Source: a virus (lineage: Duplodnaviria; Caudoviricetes). Taken from it: 35,423 bases of DNA. Shown piece after piece: positions 1 to 8,487 of the stretch (positions are counted from its first letter, which is position 1; the number at the start of each line of letters is the position of its first letter). Below the pieces are notes generated by a model, which saw only the letters and a list, made by a program, of their open reading frames with translations, did no database searches and was not told where the DNA came from. Where the stretch lies: the IMG/VR virus record IMGVR_UViG_3300024325_000008, positions 1 to 35,423 of that record. One strand, 5' to 3'. The translations under genes were made by a program, and so were the position numbers.

Positions 1-146
1 AAGGCGATTCGTTGCTGGGTTGTCTCCCATATGAGATTGACTTGCCGTTGGCCAGCCGTGCGAAGTTCCGTTTCGGCCCGCTTCCCAGCCGATTGCCGTT
101 CCTCTTCAGCCGTAGTCTGCGCAACGGCTACCTCAGCGTCACCCAT
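1..146 (-). CDS. Hypothetical protein, truncated by the window edge (possible lysis-region membrane protein)
   Basis: Read by hand: ATG at 146 just after the stop of 155..382; open to position 1 (MGDAEVAVAQTTAEEERQSAGKRAETELRTAGQRQVNLIWETTQQRIA). Confidence 0.55.
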   Translation of the reverse strand, partial: MGDAEVAVAQTTAEEERQSAGKRAETELRTAGQRQVNLIWETTQQRIA

Positions 147-154
147 CGCCGCTT

Positions 155-382
155 TTATACGCCAGAGGCGAAATGCTTTCTGGCCCGTTCAACGATGTCT
201 GCCACCACTGCGTCGAACGCTTTGGGCGCCAGAGCGAAATGATTGAGCACGCATTGGGCTGCGGCATCCGCTTCGTCATCATCGCAGCCAGTATCCCGCA
301 CCAGAATCTTCGCCAAGGCCGCTCGCTGTTCAGCGGGAGGACAGCAAATCCCCAAGGCACAACATTCTGCGCCGTTTGACAT
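155..382 (-). CDS. Small Cys-rich hypothetical protein (75 aa, MSNGAECCALGICCPP)
   Basis: CAGGAG RBS upstream of the ATG; same orientation as the operon. Confidence 0.7.
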   Translation of the reverse strand: MSNGAECCALGICCPPAEQRAALAKILVRDTGCDDDEADAAAQCVLNHFALAPKAFDAVVADIVERARKHFASGV

Positions 383-399
383 TAACGTATCTCCTGTTG

Positions 400-408
400 T
401 GATAGAAT
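400..408 (+). promoter_or_regulatory. Extended -10 promoter (TGaTAGAAT) for the HNH gene; probably a leaderless transcript
   Basis: TGn-TAGAAT ends at 408, and the ATG at 415 lies where transcription should start. No SD sequence. Confidence 0.55.
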
Positions 409-414
409 GGCCGA

Positions 415-879
415 ATGAGTCAAGACGTGAATCGCTTCTGGTCGAAAGTCACCAAAGGAAGCCCTGATGAATGCTGGACGTGGAACAGCAACGTCAACAC
501 ATCCGGCTATGGAACTTTCTCCTTGCAGCGCAAAGGCGTGAGGCAGCGAATGTTCTATGCCCATCGGTTAGCCTATGCCTTCGCTGTCGGAGAGATTCCG
601 CAAGGCATGGATGTCTGCCACCGTTGCGACAATAAGACGTGCGTGAACCCTCAGCATTTATTCCTTGGTGACCGCAAAGCGAACATGCAGGACTGCGTTG
701 AGAAAGGTCGACACCGATACGGAGAACGGCATGGTCAAGCCAAATTGACCGAAGCGATGGCTATCGCCATCCTGATAGATGGCCGCACGCAAGAAGTGAT
801 CGCAGCCGAATATGGCATTCATCAGATGACCGTGAGCGATCTGAAGCGCGGCAAAACATGGAAGCATCTTCCACGTTGA
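415..879 (+). CDS. Free-standing HNH homing endonuclease (HNH_3 type with C-terminal HTH)
   Basis: RFWSKV..CWTW, YAHRLAY, DVCHRCDNKTCVNPQHLFLG..KANMQD; C-terminal AKLTE...QEVIAAEYGIHQMTVSDLKRGKTWKH. The only well-supported plus-strand gene. Confidence 0.92.
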   Translation: MSQDVNRFWSKVTKGSPDECWTWNSNVNTSGYGTFSLQRKGVRQRMFYAHRLAYAFAVGEIPQGMDVCHRCDNKTCVNPQHLFLGDRKANMQDCVEKGRHRYGERHGQAKLTEAMAIAILIDGRTQEVIAAEYGIHQMTVSDLKRGKTWKHLPR

Positions 880-893
880 ACCTGCGCCGTTGC

Positions 894-1322
894 TCATTTT
901 TTTGCTCCTCGATCGTTCATTTCTCGGCGCACATTGCCGATGTCAATATTGGCGAGTTGCACGAGTCCGCGCACGCTGTTCACTTCGCCACGCAGCGATT
1001 CGATGCTTTGCTGCATGAGTTTCTGATTCGCTTCTTCCAGTTTGGCTTTCATCTCATCAATCTTGGATTGATCGGTTTGCACCTGACGGATGACCGCCAC
1101 ATCGGATCGCAATTGTGATGTCGCAACCCAAAATCCACCAGTCGTCGCCAGCACACCGCTGACGATGAGCAGCACCGTTTGGAGATTGAAGGAGAGTCGC
1201 GATGCGTCTGTGGACCGCCGAGACTCATCGCGTGGCGGGCTCACTTGATCTTCATGACCAAAGTCCCTCGGCTCCGATGTGGAGCTTTCGTGCTGCGGTG
1301 TGAGAAACGGGATGGCATGCAC
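894..1322 (-). CDS. Single-TM coiled-coil membrane protein (holin-like/lysis-region candidate)
   Basis: Hydrophobic LQTVLLIVSGVLATTGGFWVA followed by a coiled coil; lies directly after the tail spike gene. Confidence 0.55.
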   Translation of the reverse strand: MHAIPFLTPQHESSTSEPRDFGHEDQVSPPRDESRRSTDASRLSFNLQTVLLIVSGVLATTGGFWVATSQLRSDVAVIRQVQTDQSKIDEMKAKLEEANQKLMQQSIESLRGEVNSVRGLVQLANIDIGNVRREMNDRGAKK

Positions 1323-1323
1323 G

Positions 1324-2019
1324 CTAACTCGATGTTGAATACGTCAACGAACCATTGAGGAAGAACGTATTGGTAATGTCTGCCGTTGTAAGATTGGTTA
1401 GACTTGACGTGCCTGCCGCATTCACCCCTTCTATCGTCGCGACGCTATCATTGAACGCCACCAATAATGACAGGGTAATCCAATTCGTATTTGTGTTATT
1501 CCATGCACCAATGGTAGTAGCCGTGCCGAAATTCGCCGCAAATGGTAATCCTTTGAGCTGAAGATTGCCGACGATCGCGCCTTTCCCAGTGAGACTCACT
1601 GAATAGAACAGGATGACGACTGTTCCTAGTTTGATATAGGAGCCGAATTGTAGGCCATAGGTCTGGCCAGTTTGACTCGTTGATCCGCCAATGACAGGAA
1701 CCCATGTGCCCGTGACATTGGGATTCAGCGGAACCGCCGCGATGTTATCTCTGGTCGCGACCGTGGCTCCAAGAACATCCATGAGGATGAACTTGTAAGA
1801 GACTCCTGGTGTGAGGAAGATTGCCCCGCTCGTCGGTCTACCTGCTGCATCGAGACTAATCGGATTGGTATTCGCGACGGTTAGGTTGACATCAGAATAG
1901 GTCGCCACTGGTGTGGACGTTCCAGCGGCATACGTCGTCAGTGATCCACTGGAAAGCGGATTCCCGTCATCATCGCAATATTGCTCAAACGGGTCTGGGG
2001 CGTATGTCCCTGAGGCCAT
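1324..2019 (-). CDS. Tail spike/fiber protein (virion-binding N-domain plus short beta-rich C-domain)
   Basis: N-terminal DDDGNPLSSGSLTTYAAGTSTPVATYSD...NTNPISLDAAGR is typical of podovirus tailspike head-binding domains; C-terminal GTWVPVIGG...GSYIKLG fiber-tip-like motif. Confidence 0.75.
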   Translation of the reverse strand: MASGTYAPDPFEQYCDDDGNPLSSGSLTTYAAGTSTPVATYSDVNLTVANTNPISLDAAGRPTSGAIFLTPGVSYKFILMDVLGATVATRDNIAAVPLNPNVTGTWVPVIGGSTSQTGQTYGLQFGSYIKLGTVVILFYSVSLTGKGAIVGNLQLKGLPFAANFGTATTIGAWNNTNTNWITLSLLVAFNDSVATIEGVNAAGTSSLTNLTTADITNTFFLNGSLTYSTSS

Positions 2020-2031
2020 CTGGTCCTTATT

Positions 2032-2730
2032 CTACGGCTTCCAGCCTTGAACGATAGCCTGAATTTTCAGATTCCAGACTTGCCGTGTGGCTTCGCCTTG
2101 AGGAACACCGACAGACATCAATTGTCGAATGCGACCGATGTCTGTGGCATTGAGAACCATCTTTGGAGCAGGAGTTGATTGTGCCGCATCGATCGCCCTG
2201 CCAGCAGCAGCAACGCCTTGCCCAGCGAGTTGCCTCACGGTCTTTGGAGACTCCATGAGACCACCAACCTTCTGCAAGGCAGCACCGACATATGGCCTAG
2301 CAAGGTTGGTCCCAACCCCAATGACGCCAGTCGAGACACCGGCAATCGTGGCCGGAATAGCGATGTCTGCTGCGGCTTCGCCTGAAGTGGCTGGAACCTC
2401 AGCGCCTCGAGCGCGATTGATCAGTTGTTTGGCCGCTTCGCCTGTGGCTGTGCCCAATGCAGCCCCACCAGCCGCCCCAGGAACGCCTCCAAAGCCGAGA
2501 CCGAAGGCTGTTCCTCCGATCCCGCCTGTGATGGCTCCTGCCGTTCCCATGACGCTGGGAATGGCATTCACGGCGGTATCCACCCATGACTTCACAGGCG
2601 GTTGCTTCTTGCCAGGATTGGCGTCTTGATAGGCTCTTGTCGCAGCCGCATTGATTTCCTGTTCGGACATCGAATCAGGAAAGGCCGTAGGCCCAACGCC
2701 AGGGATGTCGATGACCTTCTCAGCCATCAC
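2032..2730 (-). CDS. Putative DNA ejection/internal virion protein
   Basis: N-terminal IPGVGPTAFPDSMSEQEI motif, glycine-zipper hydrophobic segment, position in the ejection cluster. Confidence 0.6.
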   Translation of the reverse strand: MMAEKVIDIPGVGPTAFPDSMSEQEINAAATRAYQDANPGKKQPPVKSWVDTAVNAIPSVMGTAGAITGGIGGTAFGLGFGGVPGAAGGAALGTATGEAAKQLINRARGAEVPATSGEAAADIAIPATIAGVSTGVIGVGTNLARPYVGAALQKVGGLMESPKTVRQLAGQGVAAAGRAIDAAQSTPAPKMVLNATDIGRIRQLMSVGVPQGEATRQVWNLKIQAIVQGWKP

Positions 2731-4472
2731 GGCTTCACAATCGGCTCAACCTTACCAGTGGCAGGGTTATAGCGCATCGTCGGAACCAAGGCGGCTGGAG
2801 CAGTCGGCTGCACTACTTGGCCTGGAGGTATAGCAATGCGCCTCTGAATGTCTGCAATCTGCTCATTCAGGCCAGAATGCACATTGGCCATGTCCTGCCT
2901 GAGCACCTTCGCCACAGCCTTGATCTGCGCGAATGTCGCTGATTCAGGTGAGAGTCCTTGGATCTCTTTGCGTGCAGAATCTGTCAATGAACCTGAGAGA
3001 TTCGGATCGTTTGTGACACGGGCAATCTCACGCAGCGCCACCTCTCGAGCCGCATTTGCTGCTGCGAGGTCCGTGCTTCCGAGTGTCTTGACATCCAACG
3101 ATCGGATCGGTTGATTGACCCACGGTGAGCCTGTGTCTGGAATCTTCTCAGCCAGCGAGAGGAACTGATCGAGGTTCTTGCCTGCCGTGTTCTCAAAGGC
3201 AGACACCTTATCAGCCGTGCCTTGAACTTTCGTCAGAGACTGCTGATTGGCCTTATAGGCAGCAATCTGTTGCGGCAGATCAAGGCTCTTGTATTCGTCA
3301 GCCGCTTTGTTGATGATGCTCGCCCTGACCGCTGCGCCTGTCTTACCAAGTCCCATAGGAGGCAGCTGGCCAGTCATGGCATACATCTTCGCCGTGAGGT
3401 TCAGTGCATCAGGCGTCAGCGTCGGAGCGGCTTCATTGTTCTTCTGCTCCATCGCCAGCCGTTCGCGCTGGATCTGAAGTTCTGCGCGGTCCTTCTGTGA
3501 GAGCGGAACCGTGCCATTAAGTTTTGCATTGATCTCTGCGAGTTGTGCTTGATGGAGTGCTTGCTCGATTGGATCGATCTGCTTCGGAACAGGTTCTCCA
3601 ATCGGCTTTCCGTCTGGCCCAACGAGCTGGCCGTTGATGACGTGCTGTCCTTCTCCTGCTTTCTGTTGTCCGGTCGCGACGACGCGCCCATAGCGATCCG
3701 TCTCTGTCGCACCTTCCGCAAGTGTCTTATTTGGTGAAATCTGAGCCGCTTGGTCCATTAGACTAGTCAAACCTGCTACCTGTTTATCAGGCGACAGTGC
3801 CATCAGTTGCTGCTTGACCTGTGCATATTCTTCTGGCTTGATCCGCTTCGTCGCGAGTGCTGGCTGGACCACGGTATCCATTGCTTGCTCGAGCGGTGTG
3901 CCAGCATTTGCGAGTTTCAGCGCGCCAGCGGCCAAATCGCCCAGCAGCACCGCATGGTCCTTCGCGGACTGCTTTTCGTTCTCAATGCTCTTTTGAATCG
4001 AGTTATTGATCGTCTCAGCATGTTGGAGCAGATCTGGCGCCTTGTCTCCATAGCCCATCCCACTCAGCGCTTTCGACATCTTCGGGATGTCAAACAGACC
4101 TTCCGGTGTGAGATAATTTTCGGGCTGCGGACCTTCGACTCCAGGCGGTAGTTGTTGCGGCTGTTCCATGCGTGCAACGGCTTGGCCTCCAGCCTCTAGA
4201 CGTGCGGCTTCTCTAGCACGAATCGCGTTCAACTGATTGATCGGTGCTTGCTGCTGCTGCTGGGCATACTGGCGTGCGATCGAAGCCACATCCTGACCGA
4301 TGTTCTGTGCCGCTCCGCTCCATGCTTGTCCTCGAGCGAGCGCCGCATTCGCCTGCGCCTGTCCAATCGTCTGCGCGGCCTGCGCCTGTGCTTGCGCTGG
4401 TGCCAGCATCAATTGCGAAATGCTTTGCACGTAGGGATTGTGATACGTCTCAAACTGAAACGGGCCAGCCAT
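2727..4472 (-). CDS. Putative DNA ejection protein (large helical Q/A-rich)
   Basis: 581 aa, alpha-helical Gln/Ala-rich, C-terminal RYNPATGK motif; synteny with the P22 gp7/gp20/gp16 cluster. Confidence 0.65.
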   Translation of the reverse strand: MAGPFQFETYHNPYVQSISQLMLAPAQAQAQAAQTIGQAQANAALARGQAWSGAAQNIGQDVASIARQYAQQQQQAPINQLNAIRAREAARLEAGGQAVARMEQPQQLPPGVEGPQPENYLTPEGLFDIPKMSKALSGMGYGDKAPDLLQHAETINNSIQKSIENEKQSAKDHAVLLGDLAAGALKLANAGTPLEQAMDTVVQPALATKRIKPEEYAQVKQQLMALSPDKQVAGLTSLMDQAAQISPNKTLAEGATETDRYGRVVATGQQKAGEGQHVINGQLVGPDGKPIGEPVPKQIDPIEQALHQAQLAEINAKLNGTVPLSQKDRAELQIQRERLAMEQKNNEAAPTLTPDALNLTAKMYAMTGQLPPMGLGKTGAAVRASIINKAADEYKSLDLPQQIAAYKANQQSLTKVQGTADKVSAFENTAGKNLDQFLSLAEKIPDTGSPWVNQPIRSLDVKTLGSTDLAAANAAREVALREIARVTNDPNLSGSLTDSARKEIQGLSPESATFAQIKAVAKVLRQDMANVHSGLNEQIADIQRRIAIPPGQVVQPTAPAALVPTMRYNPATGKVEPIVKP

Positions 4473-4475
4473 TCC

Positions 4476-5495
4476 CTAACCTCCGAGCACTTTATAGAAC
4501 TTGTCGAAGGCATTGTTTTGATTGTCGGTATACATTTTGTAATCTTCTAGCCATTTATTGTAGGCATTCTGATAATCCGTATTATTCTGAGATTGAATCA
4601 GAGGAGCCTTGACAGACCATGCCGTGAGTTTAGGCGCGAACTCGCCTTGGGCATTCTGATAGGCATTCTGATATGGATCCATATATTGGGTCTTATAGTT
4701 CGTCATGTAATCGGCCAGATCTCGATTATAGACATTCGTATATTGTGTTGTTCCAGCCGCTTGACCATAATCGATCAGGGCTTTACCCGTCTCTCCTGAG
4801 TTGAGTTTGCCTCCAGCCGCACGGCTATTCAACAAGGACTGCAATCCCTGCCCAAGCGTGAACTGATAGCCCGGATCCTTCGAAGCTTCCTCTGGACTTG
4901 GAGCCGAAAACGGATTGGGCGTCTTGAAATCTGGCGCTTTGAATACCGGAGCATCTGGAATATCTTTCCGTTCCGGTGCGTTGAACTGCTCAGTGAATGG
5001 CTTTGTGAAGTCTCCGATGTTCATCCCAAAATAGGGACTTCCAGATGCTGTAGGCGATGCAGTAGTCGGAGCAGGTGCAGGAGCAGACGTTCCACCACCA
5101 ACTGTCCCAGGATCAGGAATAGGTGTTGCTGTGGAAGATGGAGGCGCATTCCATGCCTGTGTCTGAGGATTCCAAGTCGGCGCAGGTGCTCCGGCAGATG
5201 TCGGTGGAGGGTTCAGCGCCGTGCCACTCGGTCCATAGATCCCGTTCAAATAGCTCAGGACATCAGGATCTGTCGCATGGGCCGGATCCGTGAGCCGTGG
5301 GTCATTCGGATCTGTGACTGGTCCGGTGGGATTCCATGCCTGTGTTGGCGCATTCCATGTGCTGGTCGGCGTCGGAGGTGTCATGGCCGTTCCACCAGCA
5401 CCGTAAATTCCGTTCAGATAGGCAAGAACATCCGGGTCACTGGCATAGGCCGGATCTGTCAGTCTGGGGTCATTCGGATCGGTAATCGCGGCCAC
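4476..5495 (-). CDS. DNA transfer (ejection) protein
   Basis: DPGYQFTLGQGLQSLLNSRAAGGKLNSGETGKALIDYGQ..TQY motif typical of P22-like DNA transfer proteins; GTG start with GGAGG RBS. Confidence 0.75.
   Translation of the reverse strand: MAAITDPNDPRLTDPAYASDPDVLAYLNGIYGAGGTAMTPPTPTSTWNAPTQAWNPTGPVTDPNDPRLTDPAHATDPDVLSYLNGIYGPSGTALNPPPTSAGAPAPTWNPQTQAWNAPPSSTATPIPDPGTVGGGTSAPAPAPTTASPTASGSPYFGMNIGDFTKPFTEQFNAPERKDIPDAPVFKAPDFKTPNPFSAPSPEEASKDPGYQFTLGQGLQSLLNSRAAGGKLNSGETGKALIDYGQAAGTTQYTNVYNRDLADYMTNYKTQYMDPYQNAYQNAQGEFAPKLTAWSVKAPLIQSQNNTDYQNAYNKWLEDYKMYTDNQNNAFDKFYKVLGG
5142..5486 (-). repeat. Tandem duplication of about 56 codons in the ejection protein N-terminus
   Basis: TDPNDPRLTDPA(Y/H)A(S/T)DPDVL(A/S)YLNGIYG..GTA...TWN..TQAWN occurs twice, starts 168 nt apart. 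Confidence 0.9.
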
Positions 5496-5498
5496 GGT

Positions 5499-6182
5499 CT
5501 ATCCTCCCACGGTCGGCTTCACGCCGGCCTTCGCAATCTCTGCGGCGATGCGTCCATTCGGTCCCAACCAATATGATAGGGGGCGTTCTCCAGCATCCAA
5601 CGATGCCTGTGCTTGCTTCGCCATGTAGTCAATGTCTGTCGGCCCTGTCCCTGGTCCTGTTGGTGCATAGCCCAAGCTCTTATAGTTCGCCTTCAGCGCA
5701 TCCATGATGCTCTGCGAAGGAGGTCCACTCGAGGCTGTTCCTCCGCTCGAGAAAGGATCGGCGCCGAAGACTGGAGGAGCCGCGATATGTGCGGCTGGAA
5801 GTTGACGTGCTGGCAATCCGAGAAGTTGTCCGAGATACCCCATGTTGTTCTGATGGAGTGCCCATCGGTCATAGTCAGTCTGCGTTCCAGCGGCATACTG
5901 GCCATAGTTCTCGTTGGCATTCGATTGATATTGGCCGTAGTTTGCGCTTTGCGTCTTCTGGAAGTTGGCCTGATCGATTGCCGCTTGCTGCTTCTGAAAG
6001 TCCAATGCTCGTTGAGCGGCTTGTGATTGCAGATTCGCAGCATAGTTCGCTGCCTGCGTCTGAGCATTGACGGCTGTATCGGCAGCGCCCGACTGCTTAT
6101 TGGCGGCATAAATGCCAGCGCCAGCTCCAGCCGTCGCCCCGACAGCGCCCCAAAACAGTGGCATCGCAAGAACCGCAGGCAT
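5499..6182 (-). CDS. DNA transfer protein, P22 gp7-like N-terminus
   Basis: Gly/Ala-rich hydrophobic N-terminus followed by A/Q-rich helix (AQTQAANYAANLQSQAAQRALDFQKQQ). Confidence 0.7.
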   Translation of the reverse strand: MPAVLAMPLFWGAVGATAGAGAGIYAANKQSGAADTAVNAQTQAANYAANLQSQAAQRALDFQKQQAAIDQANFQKTQSANYGQYQSNANENYGQYAAGTQTDYDRWALHQNNMGYLGQLLGLPARQLPAAHIAAPPVFGADPFSSGGTASSGPPSQSIMDALKANYKSLGYAPTGPGTGPTDIDYMAKQAQASLDAGERPLSYWLGPNGRIAAEIAKAGVKPTVGG

Positions 6183-6184
6183 TG

Positions 6185-6550
6185 CTATCTTCCTCTCATT
6201 GGCAAGACAAACTGGTCAGGCAAAGACATCGCTCCAGCGTGATCCAAGAGTCCCTTCACTTCTTCGGAAACGGCTCCAGTGAGCACGCTAGAACTGCCTC
6301 GTGCGGCCACCGTTTGACGCATCCCACTCCACAGCCGACGTGCAACTGCACCACGTTTCCGAGCTTCAGGAGCAATCCACAGCCCCTCGACATGGAGCAT
6401 CGAGACGAGCATCCAATGCGCGACGATCTTCCCATCATCCTCAACGACAACGACATCTACATGCTCAGGATTCATCATCGACAGCGGCCCTTCGAGATCC
6501 ATCCCTTTCAGTCGATCCCATTCTTCAACTGGAAGAATCCTCGTCATCAT
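6185..6550 (-). CDS. GNAT-fold protein (virion-assembly acetyltransferase-like)
   Basis: VVVVEDDGKIVA..., HVEGLWIAPEARKRGAVARRL resembles the acetyl-CoA motif A; lies between tail and ejection genes as in podoviruses. Confidence 0.7.
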   Translation of the reverse strand: MMTRILPVEEWDRLKGMDLEGPLSMMNPEHVDVVVVEDDGKIVAHWMLVSMLHVEGLWIAPEARKRGAVARRLWSGMRQTVAARGSSSVLTGAVSEEVKGLLDHAGAMSLPDQFVLPMRGR

Positions 6551-7027
6551 CTAGGTGCTCTGCACAATCACGGTCAACCGATATTGCATGTCGTTCGCCG
6601 CATTGCTTGCATATGTCGTCGAATAGGTTATCGGCGTGTTTCCATCAGCGATGATCATCTGGCTTCCACTCTGCACAGTGGTAATGGTATTGCCTGTCAT
6701 CGCCGCTCCAGAAAATGACAGCGGAATTGCACTCTCCGTCCACCCTAAATTCACCGTCAACGAACTCGAAACGCCGGATGGTGTGGTAATCCTCGCATAG
6801 TAACTGATGATGTATTGCCCAGCCGAGATGGCCGGCAAGGGAATGTTCGTCGTCCCAATCGACGCATTCTGCGCTACCAGTCCCACTCGAGCCGAGAACA
6901 CGGTTGGCGTGCTGCTCAGCACGTTGAATACGCTGGCCTGAAACCAGCGCATCCAGGCACTGCCCATCACTTCGCTGCGCCCCTCCGCGATTGGCGCAAT
7001 GTAGGGAGGCGGATCGATGGTCGCCAT
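6551..7027 (-). CDS. Tail needle/plug-like protein (gp26 position)
   Basis: N-terminal PPP...AWMRWF motif and position directly after the gp10-like gene; beta-rich C-terminus. Confidence 0.5.
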   Translation of the reverse strand: MATIDPPPYIAPIAEGRSEVMGSAWMRWFQASVFNVLSSTPTVFSARVGLVAQNASIGTTNIPLPAISAGQYIISYYARITTPSGVSSSLTVNLGWTESAIPLSFSGAAMTGNTITTVQSGSQMIIADGNTPITYSTTYASNAANDMQYRLTVIVQST

Positions 7028-8487
7028 CAGAGCCCATCATTGTTGATAAACGCATCGATGATGCGCCACGGAATCGGATCCGTGACCACCATCTTATTGA
7101 CGCGATCTCGTGGGACGCCCATGCGCCACATACGCAATCTTCGCTTGAATTGCCCTATCTTGCCAGCCGATACGGATCGTTCATTCCCCCATGTATTGCC
7201 GCCGTCATCACTCGTAGAGAATAGCACTTTTGGGTCAGATCCTTGGCCGGTATTGAGTCCCAGTCCGGACTGCAGAAAAATCTCCATATTCCGGATCGGA
7301 ATCTGCTGCTTCTGATCGAAGATGCCTGGAGCAATCCGAGTGCGACGGATGGCCGATCCGTCCGCTTCGGTCCCTGTCACAACGCTCATGTCGCAGATGT
7401 TGTTCGTCGTAAAATCGGCTGTGAGATGCTTCCCAAAGGCGTAGGTATGCACTCGGGCTCTCCAGAGTTCGTCTTTCATCGTGTTGGGATTCCAGTAGCT
7501 CCGTTTCGCCCACTTGTTCTCTTCAATGTCATAGACCCATGTCTGAGGCACTGAGGGGAAGTGCAGCACGTAGAAAGTGTGCCCTTCTTCCTGATAGATC
7601 ATCGCTTCCGCATCGGTGATGAGGAAATCGCGCTCATACGAGGCGATGGCCGTTTCCACAGCGGCATCACTGATCGGTGTCGGAGAATAGCCACGTGTGC
7701 GAACGACGATACCGCCTCCATCGTCATTACGACTGAGCCAGAAGAGCGATGCCCCAGAGGCTTTCAGTGTGAATGGAGCCACAATCCCAAACTTGTAACT
7801 GATGCCGGTTCGAGGTGCGAGCGGCATGGGGAATGTTCCGGCGTCATACCACACATCCCCAGTCTTGCTACCGATGAACCAGATGTCTGGTGGAACGACG
7901 GCCATCGCCACCCAGTTATCAGGCGCACTGGAACGCGAGACGAACTGCGTCGGATCCCAGACGGTTCCATCATTGAGCGCCGAAATGCGGAACGTGCTCG
8001 TCAATGGATCCAAGGCAATGAAATAGCCGTCGAGCATGCCGACCATTACGCAATCGCCCGTCAATGCCTGCGTGACGGCATTCGTGGCTAAATCGTGCAG
8101 ATAGCCATTGGTCCCGCTCGAGATCATGGCTTGATTTGCATTCGATCCGTTCGTCACGATCTGCGCTTGATTGGCATCGTAGCTAACCGGCGTTCTTAAT
8201 GTGAATGTGTTGCTCAAGACGCCAGCCGTAGGCACGATGGATAGTTCTCCGTAGTAATTGCCTATGACTGCGAAGGTGCGATCGTTCTCAGTGAATAGCG
8301 CTCGTCCACCTTGAGCAATGGTTGGTGTGACGGTTGTCCAAACGGTGAATCCCGGTGTCGGATATAGCGCAGCGGTATTCTTCGCATGCTGAGGCTGCGA
8401 TTCGTAATACCAGTTGATCGTCTCTTCAGGGTTGGCTGACAGACTCTGCGTCTTATCACTCACCCCAATGAAGCCCGGATACTTCAT
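7027..8487 (-). CDS. Tail hub / packaged-DNA stabilization protein (P22 gp10-like)
   Basis: ETINWY, LYPTPG, LDGYFI, YQEEGHTFYVLHFP..TWVYD, SDDGGNTW..G+IGQFKRR..WRMG..RDRV motifs; start at ATG 8487 (MKYPGF). Confidence 0.88.
   Translation of the reverse strand: MKYPGFIGVSDKTQSLSANPEETINWYYESQPQHAKNTAALYPTPGFTVWTTVTPTIAQGGRALFTENDRTFAVIGNYYGELSIVPTAGVLSNTFTLRTPVSYDANQAQIVTNGSNANQAMISSGTNGYLHDLATNAVTQALTGDCVMVGMLDGYFIALDPLTSTFRISALNDGTVWDPTQFVSRSSAPDNWVAMAVVPPDIWFIGSKTGDVWYDAGTFPMPLAPRTGISYKFGIVAPFTLKASGASLFWLSRNDDGGGIVVRTRGYSPTPISDAAVETAIASYERDFLITDAEAMIYQEEGHTFYVLHFPSVPQTWVYDIEENKWAKRSYWNPNTMKDELWRARVHTYAFGKHLTADFTTNNICDMSVVTGTEADGSAIRRTRIAPGIFDQKQQIPIRNMEIFLQSGLGLNTGQGSDPKVLFSTSDDGGNTWGNERSVSAGKIGQFKRRLRMWRMGVPRDRVNKMVVTDPIPWRIIDAFINNDGL

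Larger units (their letters stand above)
367..891. repeat. 10-bp direct repeat CTGCGCCGTT (367-376 and 882-891) flanking the HNH cassette
   Basis: Identical 10-mers seen at both sides. On the minus strand both encode N-G-A of an MSNGA start. Confidence 0.85.

Noticed and set aside
377-881. Possibility that the HNH insert is an intron
   Set aside because: No U.G P1, P7 or group II end motifs; the downstream gene has its own RBS and start.
658-897. 79-aa minus-strand ORF starting MSNGAG
   Set aside because: It is the remnant original start running into the antisense strand of the HNH gene; only the first five codons look meaningful.
4562-4673. GGCATTCTGATA repeated three times
   Set aside because: Explained by YQNA peptide repeats in the ejection protein.
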